Part shown: piece by piece, positions 28,660-39,757 of the stretch | Layout: each line of letters begins with the position of its first letter | Position numbering within the stretch: position 1 is the first letter of the stretch | DNA from: the human T2T-CHM13v2.0 reference genome, Homo sapiens | Assembly (NCBI RefSeq): GCF_009914755.1 | Contig: NC_060926.1 | Reading direction: 5' to 3' (one strand) | Length of the DNA stretch: 64,000 nucleotides | Translations under genes and position numbers: made by a program | Notes under the pieces: generated by a model | The model's database searches: none | Told to the model about the DNA's origin: nothing | The model's input: the letters and a program-made list of their open reading frames with translations, nothing else

Positions 28660-29915
28660 AGTTATTTCCAGCCTTATTGGAGTCACTAGTACTGGATTTG
28701 CCCTCTGCCATATAAAACGGCAAAATGCATGAAACAACTGTTTTAAAAAACATCATACATCAGCGCTATAGAGCTGCAATCCCTGAGACCAGGGACACAA
28801 ATGAGATGAGCCCTACGGCTTCAGCTTTCTGACAAGGAGGCACCTTCTAGTGCAGGAATGCGGAAACTATGCAGATATTGGAAGTCACACTGAGTTGAAA
28901 AAACAGATGTTGGAATTCAGGGTGGTGAATACAGCTAATAACTGTGAGGCAGAATACTGGAAAATAGAATGCGTATGTAGAGTAAAAATTTTATCTTAAA
29001 TCTTTGCCTAAACATCAAGCTGTACATACCTAAATAAAACTCCACAAGTCTGAGGATAGATTAACTGTAAGAGGGCTATAAACTAAACAATTCCCAGAGA
29101 TCACACATTGCTAGAAGAAATGCGAGTTCTTGCTTGCCAGAATAGAGAGGTCTCAGTGAAGACACAGGACATTCAGTAGGAACCTTAGTAACCCTAGTAT
29201 GTGTCACACCTTATTAGTAAGATTAAACAAGCCCTAAAGTAAAGTCTGCTCCAGACCTTACCTAACAGTTTTAAAACAACATGTGAAGGGATCTAATTGA
29301 TATACAAGGAACTTAACTGTTTGCCAACATAAAATTTAACAATGTTTAAAGAAATACAACAAAATTTAGACATTCAACATTGTAATATTCACAATATTCA
29401 GTGCCCAATCAAAAAATTTAAATATGCAATAAACCATGAAAATTTGGCCCATAATCAGAGGAAAAAGAAAATAAATCAAGGAAGAAAATGTCAATGGAAA
29501 CAGAACTATAAATAAAGATAATGGAATTACAAATTACTGGACAATGACTTTTTTTTTTTTTTTTTTTGAGATGGAGTCTCGCTCTTTCACCCAGGCTTGA
29601 GTGCAGTGGTGTGATCTCGGCTCACTGCAGCCTCCGCCTCCCAGGTTCAAGCCATCCTCCCACCTCAGACTCCTGAGTAGCTGAGACTACAAGTGCAACA
29701 CCATGTCGGGCTAATTTTTGTATTTTAAGTAGAGACGGGTTTCCATCATGTTGGCCAGGCCAGTCTCAAACTCCTGACCTCAGGTGATCTCCCCTCCTCG
29801 GCCTCCCAAAGTGCTGGGATTACAGGTATCAGCCACCATGCCCAGCCTAGACAAGACCTTTAAAAAAGATTTTATAAATACACACAAAAATTTAAAGGAA
29901 ATAGAAACATAATAA
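28660..29915 (+). mobile_element. Old L1M (L1ME-like) 5' region, interrupted by an Alu
   Basis: GTACTGGATTTGCCCTCTGCC...ATGAAACAACTGTTTT...CAATATTCAGTGCCCAATCAAAAAATT...CCATAATCAGAGGAAAAA pattern of old L1 5' ends. Confidence 0.65.
29549..29847 (-). mobile_element. AluS element
   Basis: PolyT then GAGATGGAGTCTCGCTC...AGCCACCATGCCCAGCC; degenerate TSD TGGACAATGACTT / TAGACAAGACCTT. Confidence 0.97.
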
Positions 29916-31950
29916 ATATTTTCTTCTGTTATATGTGTTGTCTTTTTTACTCTCTTGATAGTATGCTTTGATGCATAAAAGTTTTTATTTTTCATGAGGT
30001 CCCATTTACCTATTTTTTTTTCTTCCATTGCTCATGAGTTTGGTATCATATCTAGGAATTCATTGTCAAACCCATGGTCATGAAGATTTATTCCTATGTT
30101 TTCTTGTTATGGTTTTATAATTGTAGCTTTTACATTTAGGTCACCGATCCATTTTTAGTTATTTTTTGTGTATGATGTAAGGGTAGAGGCCCAACTTCAT
30201 TCTGTTGCTTGTGGAAATCCAGTTGTCCCAGAAGTAACTGTTGAAGTGACTATTTTTTCTCCATTTAATGGACTTGGCACCTATGTCAAGAACCAATTAG
30301 CCATAGATTTATTGGTTTAGTTTTGTAATCTCAATTCTATTCAACTGGTCATATGTCTATTCTTATGATGGTACCACATTGTTTGAATTACTGTAGCTTT
30401 ATAGTAAGTTTTGAATCAGGAACTTTGGGTCTTTCAGCTTTATTCTAGTTTTTCAAGACTGTTTTGGCAATTCAGGGCCATTTGCAATTTCACAAGAATT
30501 TGAAGATCAGCTTTTCTAATTGTGGAAAAAATACCATTGGAATTTTGGTAGAGATTGCATTGAATCCGTATCTTTCTTTGAAGAGTATTGACATTTTAAC
30601 AATATTTAATCTTCCTATCCATAAACATGGTATGCCATTCCATCTGTTTAGGTCTCCAACTTCTGTCAGCAATGTTTTGTAGTTTTCAAGGAATAAGATT
30701 TTCACCTACTTGGTTTATTTAGATGCTATTGTAAGGGGAATTTCTTTATAAATTTTCATGTCATTTGTTAATATAGATATCTTTACTTCTTTCTTTTCAA
30801 TATAGATGCCTTTATTTTTCTTATCTAATTTTTCTGACAAAAAATTCAGTACAATGCTGAATAGCAGTGGTGAAAGCAGACCTCTTAGTTTTTGTTCCTG
30901 ATCTTAAATAAAAATTTTTCAGTCTTTCACTATTGAATATGATGTTAGCTTTGGGTTTTTCAAATGTATCCTTTAACATATTGAAGGAGTTCCTTTCTAT
31001 TTTTAATTGTTATTATGAAAGGGTACTGGATTTTGTCAAATGCCTTTTCTCCATCAATTGAGATAACTGAGTGCTCTTTTCTTCTTTATTGTTATTAGTG
31101 TAATTGTATTTATTGTTATTAATGTGATGTATTATATTAACTAGCTTTCTTATGTTGAGCTATCTTGTATTCATTCATGAGCTAAATCCCATATGATAAT
31201 CATTTATAATACTTTTAATAAATGTTTGATTTGGTTTGCTAGCATTTTGTTGGTGAGTTTTACATCTATATTCATAAAAGATATTGATTTGTAATTTTCT
31301 TGCCATTTCTTTTTGTGGTTGTGGTATTAGTATAATTCTGGCCTCATTGAACGGGTTAGAAAGTGTTTCCTCCTCTTATTTTTTAAAAGAATTTGAGAAG
31401 GATTGGTGTAAATTCTTGTTTCATTAGTGAACCTTGTTCTGAAATTTCTTTCTAGAGATTTTTTTAAATTACTGATTTAATTTCTTTGCTTGTTACAGGC
31501 CCATTGAAACTTTCTATTTCTTATTTCTTTCTTTCTATTTCTTCTTGAATCAGTTTAGGCAATTTGTGTGTTTTTAGGAATCTGTTTGTTTCATGTAAGT
31601 TATCTAACTTATTGGTGTCCAATTGTTTTAGTATTATCTTATAATCCTTTTTATTTCTATAAGGTCATTAGGAATGCCTTCACTCTCTTCTCTGATTTTA
31701 GTTATTTGCAACAACTCTCTCTATCTCTGTTTTTTTTTATTAGTCAGTCTAGCTAAAGGTTTATCAATTTTGTGGCTCTTTTAAAAGAATGAAGCTATGC
31801 TTTTATTGATTTTCTCTATTGTTTTTCTATTCCGTATTTTATTTATTACTACTGTGCCCTTCATTCTGCTAGACTTAGGTTTACTTTATCTTCTTTCTCT
31901 AGCTCCTCAAAATGTAAAGTAAGTTACTGATTTGAGATCCTTCTTTTTTA
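29916..31950 (-). mobile_element. L1M ORF2 remnant
   Basis: Minus-strand ORF 30490-30705 ENYKTLL...[20 protein letters not shown] is L1 ORF2p; T-rich throughout. Confidence 0.92.
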
Positions 31951-33049
31951 GAAAATAATTCTAATCCTAATTTGGAGAGAAATTGTGACTAAAAGCATGC
32001 TACCATTAATTAATGTATCTGCTCAATCGAAGTTTCTAATGCAGTCAGGCATTTTATTCATTATTTTTTAATAAACCTTCAAATTTACTCAGGAGGAGTA
32101 AGCGAAGTGGCTGAACCCTCTAATTTAATGTATTCTATACCTAGCTTTCATCCCTGTGAGATAATTTATCTGTGTTATTCCAAAGATAAGATAATCTATA
32201 AAATAATCTCTAACAAGTTAAGATCACTGTGCATCTATAATTGTGAACCACTAAAACATGTCAAATATATCGTTTATACCTTTGACATTCAAGATGTTTA
32301 CATCTGTTATATATATTCATTTTTCTAATCAGCCTGTTTCCTTTGTGAAAAATGTCCAGTTAAATGCCTCCCTCATATGGAATGTGACACTGTTGACATT
32401 GTTTTTGCCCTGTACTATATCAATGCTAACTAAGAGATAATCAAGAATTTTGGAAAGTGTGGTTTGTTTAATTGAAGGGGCAATTATAAGATTCTAAATC
32501 TTATCTAAAAAATACAGTGCCCATGACCATACAATTGATAACCATTTCTGAAGTTATTTTGAATTCAAACATTAGTTTGTTTACTGATTATTAAAAATGT
32601 TTTTGAATTTGATATTTTACCAGATTTGAGATAAAAAGTATTACTGAAGAAAGTGTTTGGAAACAGGATATAGTTTTAATTTGTGGATTTCATATTTTAT
32701 CAGGTTCAAGATCTAAAAATATTATTGAAAGTGGAAAGCGGAATAGAGTTTTAATTTAATCATTTAAGACTTAAAATTCAAATGTAATTTTTAGAAGCTG
32801 CCATAAAAAGTTTGAGTATCTGCTGACTAAAAATGAAAGTTAAAAAATCATACAAATGATGTGTGAAATACAAACCACTGTCTTTTTTTATTGCCTTATA
32901 TAATAAAATACAATAACCTTCTTTTTAGACATCTGAGACAATTTCCTGATCCTACTCATTTCAAAATAAAATGTTTTCATTCATTGACTTACTCTGCAAG
33001 TACTTTTTTTTTTAACCATTGACTTTGTACTAGACAATTTGCTAAATGC

Positions 33050-34068
33050 TTGGGATGCAAATATCTGTAAGATACATTTCAACTGGAAGTCATTAGAATG
33101 ACAGATAACAAAACAAAGGTCTAGGCACCCACAGAAACAGAATAACCAACACTAAATATCAGCATACTAAGTGAAAGTCAGATTTTGATACTTCAAAGCT
33201 CTAGCTGCTGAAAAGAGACTTGGAAACTAGTGTGAAAGGGCATTGCAGTCTTATACAAAGCATTGCTTCTGGGGAAGAATTGTGTAACTATATAGGGGTG
33301 GTACCCCTTGAAGACATAGAAGTGAAGAGAAAGTAGAAAGAAAGAGAGAAAAACTGAAAAACTAAAGTTCTATAGACAGAAAGTAAAACAAGTAAGATGA
33401 ACAACCCCGTCTACTCTACCACAACCAACTTTACGTTATCTATTAAATTAAATACTACAAATTTAACAAATAGTATCCCACCTAAAATGATAGAGAATGA
33501 CATATTTGATTTAAAACCCTACTAATAAAATGCCTAGGAATAAAAAATACTTAAACACAGTGCAAGTATACTGTAAAAAAATTAAGCTATAACATATTTG
33601 GTGGGTATTATTTCCTAAAAATACAACTATGAAGCAGAACAAAATTACAGCATAGCCCTCAAAACTGAACTAAATATTAATTATATTAATATATTCCCAA
33701 ATATTTGGGAATATATTTTACAAAATAAAGAAAACTAGCATCAGAAATTCTTAAACCAAAAAAAAAAAGTTACATAAAAAAGCAAATTTCATGAGATTGT
33801 TGAAACCCTAAAGAGAAATTAGGAAAAAAAGACAAAATCATAAGAAGAAAGAGTAGTAAAAATAGATATGAATTATAATTTAATAAGGTAAATAGAAGTA
33901 AAACAGAAACTCAAGAGAATGAGAAAGAAGAGAGTAAAGAAATATAGAGGATCACAAAAAAGTTGTTAAAATTGAAAGTAAAAAAAAAGATTACATATAT
34001 ATGTGTGTATATATATATATACACATATATATATATACACACACATATATATATACACATATATATAT

Positions 34069-34121
<53 letters not shown>

Positions 34122-34481
34122 TATATATATTTACTGTTCTTAAAAAGTGCACCAGGAGCAAAGAAAAAAATTAAAACGTAATTCAGGGAGACTTTCCAGA
34201 AATAAGAACAAATGTAAATTATTATATCAAAATGTCCTACCATTTACCTGTCAATTTTGACCTGAAAAAATTAACTCTTAGATATTCAAGTCAAACTAAA
34301 AAGTTATCAGGACAACCAGACAAAAAGATCTAATTACTTATAATAGTAATAGAAGAAGGCTATTAATTCACTTCAAAAGAGCAATAATTAAAAGCCATTT
34401 TCAAGACACTCAAAAGAGAAAGCATAAGACAAAAGATTTTATATCTAGCCAAGCCATTTTTAAAATATAGATTATATTAAA
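33050..34481 (+). mobile_element. Old L1M 5'/ORF1 remnant (host of HERV-H; continues at ~40241-40740 and ~47912-48040)
   Basis: A-rich decayed ORF1 ending AAAGATTTTATATCTAGCCAAGCCATTTT (RILYPAKL-like) just before the provirus TSD. Left boundary uncertain. Confidence 0.6.
33994..34130 (+). repeat. Compound (TA)n/(CA)n microsatellite
   Basis: ~135 bp of alternating purine-pyrimidine TA/CA/TG repeats. Confidence 0.97.
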
Positions 34482-34934
34482 TGTCAGGCCTCTGAGCCCA
34501 AGCCAAGCCATCGCATCCCCTGTGACTTGCACGTATACGCCCAGATGGCCTGAAGTAACTGAAGAATCACAAAAGAAGTGAATATGCCCTGCCCCACCTT
34601 AACTGATGACATTCCACCACAAAAGAAGTGTAAATGGCCGGTCCTTGCCTTAACTGATGACATTACCTTGTGAAAGTCCTTTTCCTGGCTCATCCTGGCT
34701 CAAAAAGCACCCCCACTGAGCACCTTGCGACCCCCGCTCCTACCCGCCAGAGAACAAACTCCCTTTGACTGTAATTTTCCTTTACCTACCCAAATCCTAT
34801 AAAACAGCCCCACCCTTATCTCCCTTCGCTGACTCTCTTTTCAGACTCAGCCCGCCTGCACCCAGGTGAAATAAACAGCCATGTTGCTCACACAAAGCCT
34901 GTTTGGTGGTCTCGTCATACGGACGCGCATGAAA
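34482..34934 (+). promoter_or_regulatory. 5' LTR7 (promoter/enhancer)
   Basis: 453 bp; duplicated 50-bp U3 repeat, TATAAAA at 34798-34804, CCCCACCC box at 34808-34815, AATAAA at 34870-34875. Confidence 0.97.
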
Positions 34935-34936
34935 TT

Positions 34937-34954
34937 TGGTGCCGTGACTCGGAT
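34937..34954 (+). other. Primer binding site complementary to tRNA-His
   Basis: TGGTGCCGTGACTCGGAT is an 18-nt match to the 3' end of tRNA-His, 2 nt after the LTR. Confidence 0.97.
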
Positions 34955-35005
34955 GGGGGGACCTCCCTTGGGAGATCAATCCCCTGTCCTCCTGCTCTTT
35001 GCTCC

Positions 35006-35782
35006 ATGAGAAAGATCCACCTACGACCTCAGGTCCTCAGACTGACCAGCCCAAGAAACATCTCACCAATTTCAAATCCGGTAAGCGGCCTCTTTTTACT
35101 CTCTTCTCCAACCTCCCTCATTATCCCTCAACCTCTTTCTCCTTTCAATCTTGGCGCCACACTTCAATCTCTCCCTTCTCTTAATTTCAATTCCTTTCAT
35201 TTTCTGGTAGAGACAAAAGAGACATGTTTTATCCGTGAACCCAAAACTCCGGCGCCGGTCACAGATTGGGAAGGCAGCCTTCCCTTGGTGTTTAATCATC
35301 GCAGGGACGCCTCTCTGATTATACACTCACGTTTCAAGGGTGTCAGACCACACAGGGATGCCTGCCTTGGTCCTTCACCCTTAGCGGCAAGTCCCGCTTT
35401 TCTGGGGAAGGGGCAAATACCCCTCAAACCCTTCTCTCCTTGTCTCTACCCCTTCTCTGCTTTTCTGGGGCAGGGGCAAATACCCCTCAACCCCCTCTCC
35501 TTCACCCTTAGCGGCAAGTCCCACTTTCCTAGGGGGCAAGAACCCCCCAGTCACTTATTTCCACGCCCCAACCTCTTATCTCTGCACCCCAATCCCTTAT
35601 TTCCATGCCCCAATCTCTTATCTCTGTGCCCCAATCCCTTATTTCCATGCCCCAACCCTTTCTCTGCTTTTCTGGAGGCGAAGAAACCCCCACCCCTTCT
35701 CCGTGTCTCTACTCTTTTCTCTGGGCTTGCCTCCTTCACTATGGGCAAGTTCCACCTTCCATTCCTCTTTCTTCTCCCTTAG
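35006..35782 (+). CDS. Putative HERV-H leader ORF, ESRG/HESRG-like (translation unproven)
   Basis: 258-aa ORF MRKIHLRPQVLR...TPAPVTDWEGSLPLVFNH resembles the predicted ESRG polypeptide as recalled. The frame stays open upstream to a CTG at 34829. Confidence 0.3.
   Translation: MRKIHLRPQVLRLTSPRNISPISNPVSGLFLLSSPTSLIIPQPLSPFNLGATLQSLPSLNFNSFHFLVETKETCFIREPKTPAPVTDWEGSLPLVFNHRRDASLIIHSRFKGVRPHRDACLGPSPLAASPAFLGKGQIPLKPFSPCLYPFSAFLGQGQIPLNPLSFTLSGKSHFPRGQEPPSHLFPRPNLLSLHPNPLFPCPNLLSLCPNPLFPCPNPFSAFLEAKKPPPLLRVSTLFSGLASFTMGKFHLPFLFLLP
35078..35086 (+). promoter_or_regulatory. HERV-H leader splice donor
   Basis: CCG|GTAAGC about 150 nt after the 5' LTR, the position of the known HERV-H major donor. 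Confidence 0.8.
35554..35658 (+). repeat. ~21-bp tandem repeat in HERV-H leader
   Basis: About five units of CTTAT(T/C)TC...CCCCAA(T/C)C. Confidence 0.85.
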
Positions 35783-36900
35783 CCTGTATTCTTAAGAACT
35801 TAAAACTGCTTCAATTCTCACCTGACCTAAAATCTAAGCATCTTATTTTCTTCTGCAATGCCACTTGACCCCAATACAAACTCAACAGTAGTTCCAAATA
35901 GCCAGAAAACGGCACTTTCAATTTCTCCATCCTACAAGATCTAAATAATTCTTGTCATAAAATGGGCAAATGGTCTGAGGTGCCTGACGTCCAGGCATTC
36001 TTTTACACATCAGTCCCTTCCTAGTCTCTGTGCCCAGTGCAACTCGTCCCAAATCTTCCTTCTTTCCCTCCCGCCTGTCCCCTCAGTACCAACCCCAAGC
36101 ATCGCTGAGTCTTTCTAATCTTCCTTTTCTACAGACCCATCTGACCTCTCCTCTCCTCGAAAGGCCGAGCTAGGTCCCAATTCTTCCTCAGCCTCCACTC
36201 CTCCACCCTATAATCTTTTTATCGCCTCCCCTCCTCACACTTGCTCCGGCTTACAGTTTCGTTCCGTGACCAGCCCTCCCCCACCTGCCCAGCAATTTAT
36301 TCTTAAAAAGGTGTCTGGAACTAAAGACATAGTCAAGGTTAATGCTTCTTTTTCTTTATCCCAAATCAGATAGCGTTTAGGCTCTTTTTCATCAAATATA
36401 AAAATCCAGCCCAGTTCATGGCTCGTTTGGCAGCAACCCTGAGACACTTTACAGCCCTAGACCCTAAAAGGTCAAAAGGCCGTCTTATTCTCAATATACA
36501 TTTTATTACCCAATCTGCTCCCGACATTAAATAAAACTCCAAAAATTAAATTCTGGCCCTCAAACCCCACAACAGGATTTAATTAACCTCACCTTCAAGG
36601 TGTACAATAATAGAAAAAAGTTGCAATTCCTTGCCTCCACTGTGAGACAAACCCCAGCCACATCTCCAGCACACAAGAACTTCCAAATGCCTGAACCGCA
36701 GTGGCCAGGCGTTCCTCCAGAACCTCCTCCCCCAGGAGCTTGCTACAAGTGCCAGAAATCTGACCACCAGGCCAAGGAATGCCCACAGCCCGGGATTCCT
36801 CCTAAGCCGCGTCCCATCTGTGTGGGACCCCACTGAAAATCGGACTGTTCAACTCACCTGGCAGCCACTCCCAGAGCCCTTGGAACTCTGGCCCAAGGCT
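35741..36900 (+). pseudogene. gag: HERV-H gag remnant with CCHC zinc knuckle
   Basis: CYKCQKSDHQAKEC (CX2CX4HX4C) at 36741-36782; the second knuckle is broken by a stop; multiple stops upstream. Confidence 0.88.
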
Positions 36901-36959
36901 CTCTGACTGACTCCTTCTCGGCTTAGCAGCTGAAGACTGACGCTGCCTGATTGCCTCAG

Positions 36960-37300
36960 AAGCCCCGTAGACCATCACAGACGCCGAGCTTTGGGTAACT
37001 CTCACAGTGGAAGGTAAGTCCGTCCCCTTCTTAATCAATATGGAGGCTACCCACTCCACATTACCTTCTTTTCAAGGGCCTGTTTCCCTTGCCTCCATAA
37101 CTGTTGTGGGTATTGATGGCCGGGCTTCTAAACCTCTTAAAACTCCCCAACTCTGGTGCCTACTTAGACAATACTCTTTTAAGCACTCCTTTTTAGTTAT
37201 CCCCACCTGCCCAGTTCCCTTATTAGGCTGAGACACTTTAACTAAATTATCTGCTTCCCTGACTACTCCTGGACTACAGCTGTATCTCATTGCCACCCTT
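36960..37300 (+). pseudogene. pro: HERV-H protease remnant
   Basis: FLINMEATHSTLP (catalytic DTGA degenerate), VVGIDG and PTCPVPLLG motifs. Confidence 0.88.
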
Positions 37301-39190
37301 CTTCCCAATCCAAAGCCTCCTTTGCGTCCTCCTCTTGTATCCCCCCACCTTAACCCACAAGTATAAGATACCTCTACTCCCTCCTTGGTGACCGATCATG
37401 CACCCCTTACCATCTCATTAAAACCTAATCACCCTTACCCCACTCAACGCCAATATCCCATCCCGCAGCATGCTTTAAAAAGATTAAAGCCTGTTATCAC
37501 TCACCTGCTAGAGCATGGCCTTTTAAAACCTATAAAATCTCCTTACAATTCCCCCATTTTACCTGTCCTAAAACCAGACAAGCCTTACAATTTAGTTCAG
37601 GATCTGCGCCTTATCAACCAAATTGTTTTGCCTATCCACCCCATGGGGCCAAACCCATATACTCTACTATCCTCAATACCTGCCTCTACAACTCATTATT
37701 CTGTTCTAGATCTCAAACATGCTTTCTTTACTATTCCTTTGCACCCTCAATCCCAGCCTCTCTTCGCTTTCACTTGGACTGACCCTGTCACCCATCAAGC
37801 TCAGCAAATTACCTAGGCTGTACTGCCGCAAAGCTTCACAGACAGCCCCCATTACTTCAATCAAGCCCAAATTTCTTCCTCATCCGTTACCTATCTCGGC
37901 ATAATTCTCATAAAAACACATGTGCTCTTCCTGCCAATCGTGTCCGACTGATCTCTCAAACCCAAGAACCTTCTACAAAACAACTGCTTTCCTTCCTAGG
38001 CATGGTTAGCGCGGTCAGAATTCTTACACAAGAGCCAGGACCGCACCCTGTAGGCTTTCTGTCCAAACAACTTGACCTTACTGTTTTAGCCTAGCCCTCA
38101 TGTCTGCGTGCAGCGGCTGCCGCTGCTTTACTACTTTAGAGGCCCTCAAAATCACAAACTGTGCTCAACTCACTCTCTACAGTTCTCATAACTTCCAAAA
38201 CCTATTTTCTTCCTCATACCTGACGCATATACTTTCTGCTTCCCGGCTCCTTCAGCTGTACTCACTCTTTGTTGAGTCTCCCACAATTACCGTTGTTCCT
38301 GGCCCAGACTTCAATGCGGCCTCCCATATTATTCCTGATACCACACCTGACCACCATGACTGTATCTCTCTGATCCACCTGACATTCGCCCCATTTCCCC
38401 AAATTTCCTTCCTTCCTGTTCCTCACCCTGATCACGCTTGATTTATTGATGGCAGTTCCACCAGGCCTAATCGCCACACACCAGCAAAGGCAGGTTATGC
38501 TATAGTACAAGGCACTAGCACGCCTCTTAGAACCTCTCATTTCCTTTCCATCCTGGAAATCTATCCTCAAGGAAATAACTTCTCAGTGTTCCATCTGCTA
38601 TTCTACTACTCCTCAGGGATTATTCAGTCCCTCTCCCTTCCCTACACATCAAGCTCGAGGATTTGCCCCACCCAGGACTGGCAAATTAGCTTTACTCAAC
38701 ATGCTTGAGTCAGATAACTAAAATACCTCTTAGTCTGGAGGTATTTTAGTTACTGGATAGGTACTGGCCTTTCCTACAGGGTCTGAGAAGGCCACCACAG
38801 TCATTTCTTCCCTTCTATCAGACATAATTCCTCACTTTAGCCTTCCCATCTCAATACAGTCTGATAACAGATGAGCCTTTATTAGTCAAATCAGCCAAGC
38901 AGTTTTTCAGGCTCTTAGTGTTCAGTGAAACCTTTATATCCCTTATGGTCCTCCATCTTCAAGAAAAGTAGAATGAACTAAAGGTCTTTTAAAAACACAC
39001 CTCACCAAGCTCAGCCACCAACTTTAAAAGGACTGGACAATACTTTTACCACTTTACCTTCTCAGAATTCAGGCCTGTCCTCAGAATGCTACAGGTTACA
39101 GCCCATTTGAGCTCCTGTATGGACACTCCTTTTTATTAGGCCCCAGTCTGATTCCAGACACCGGACCAACTTAGACTGTGCCCGAAAAAA
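37301..39190 (+). pseudogene. pol: HERV-H pol remnant (RT, RNase H, integrase; deleted and stopped)
   Basis: YNSPILPV, LVQDLRLIN, YSVLDLKHAFFTIPL, LPQSFTDSP; no YxDD segment visible; FIDGSS at ~38442; integrase QDWQI and SIQSDN remnants. Confidence 0.92.
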
Positions 39191-39744
39191 CTTGTCATCC
39201 CTAGTATCTTCTGTCTAGTCATACTCCTATTCACCGTTCTCAACTACTCATACATGCCCTGCTCTTGTTTACACTGCCGGTTTACACTGTTTTTCCAAGC
39301 CATCACAGCTGATATCTCCTGGTGCTATCCCCAAACTGCCACTCTTAACTCTTGAAGTAAATAAATAATCTTTGCTGGCAGGACTAAGCCGAATCTCCTT
39401 AAGCACTCTCTAATCAGATATCCTGAGTCATCCCAATTCTTAGACCTTTTATACCTGTTTTTCTCCTTCTGATATTCCATTTAGTTTTTCAATTCATACA
39501 AAACCGTATCCAGGCCATCACCAATCATTCTATATGACAAATGTTTCTTCTAACATCCCCACAATATCACCCCTTACCACAAGACCTCCCTTCAGCTTAA
39601 TCTCTCCCACTCTAGGTTTGCACACCGCCCCTAATCCCGCTTGAAGCAGCACTGAGAAACATCGCCCATTCTCTCTCCATACCACCCCCCAAAAATTTTC
39701 GCCACCCCAACATTTCAACACTATTTTATTTTTCTTATTAATAT

Positions 39745-39757
39745 AAGAAGGCAGGAA
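39745..39757 (+). other. Polypurine tract
   Basis: AAGAAGGCAGGAA immediately before the 3' LTR TG. Confidence 0.9.

Noticed and set aside
33911-34243. Tyr/Ile-rich ORFs on both strands
   Set aside because: Artefact of the TA microsatellite, which lacks stop codons.
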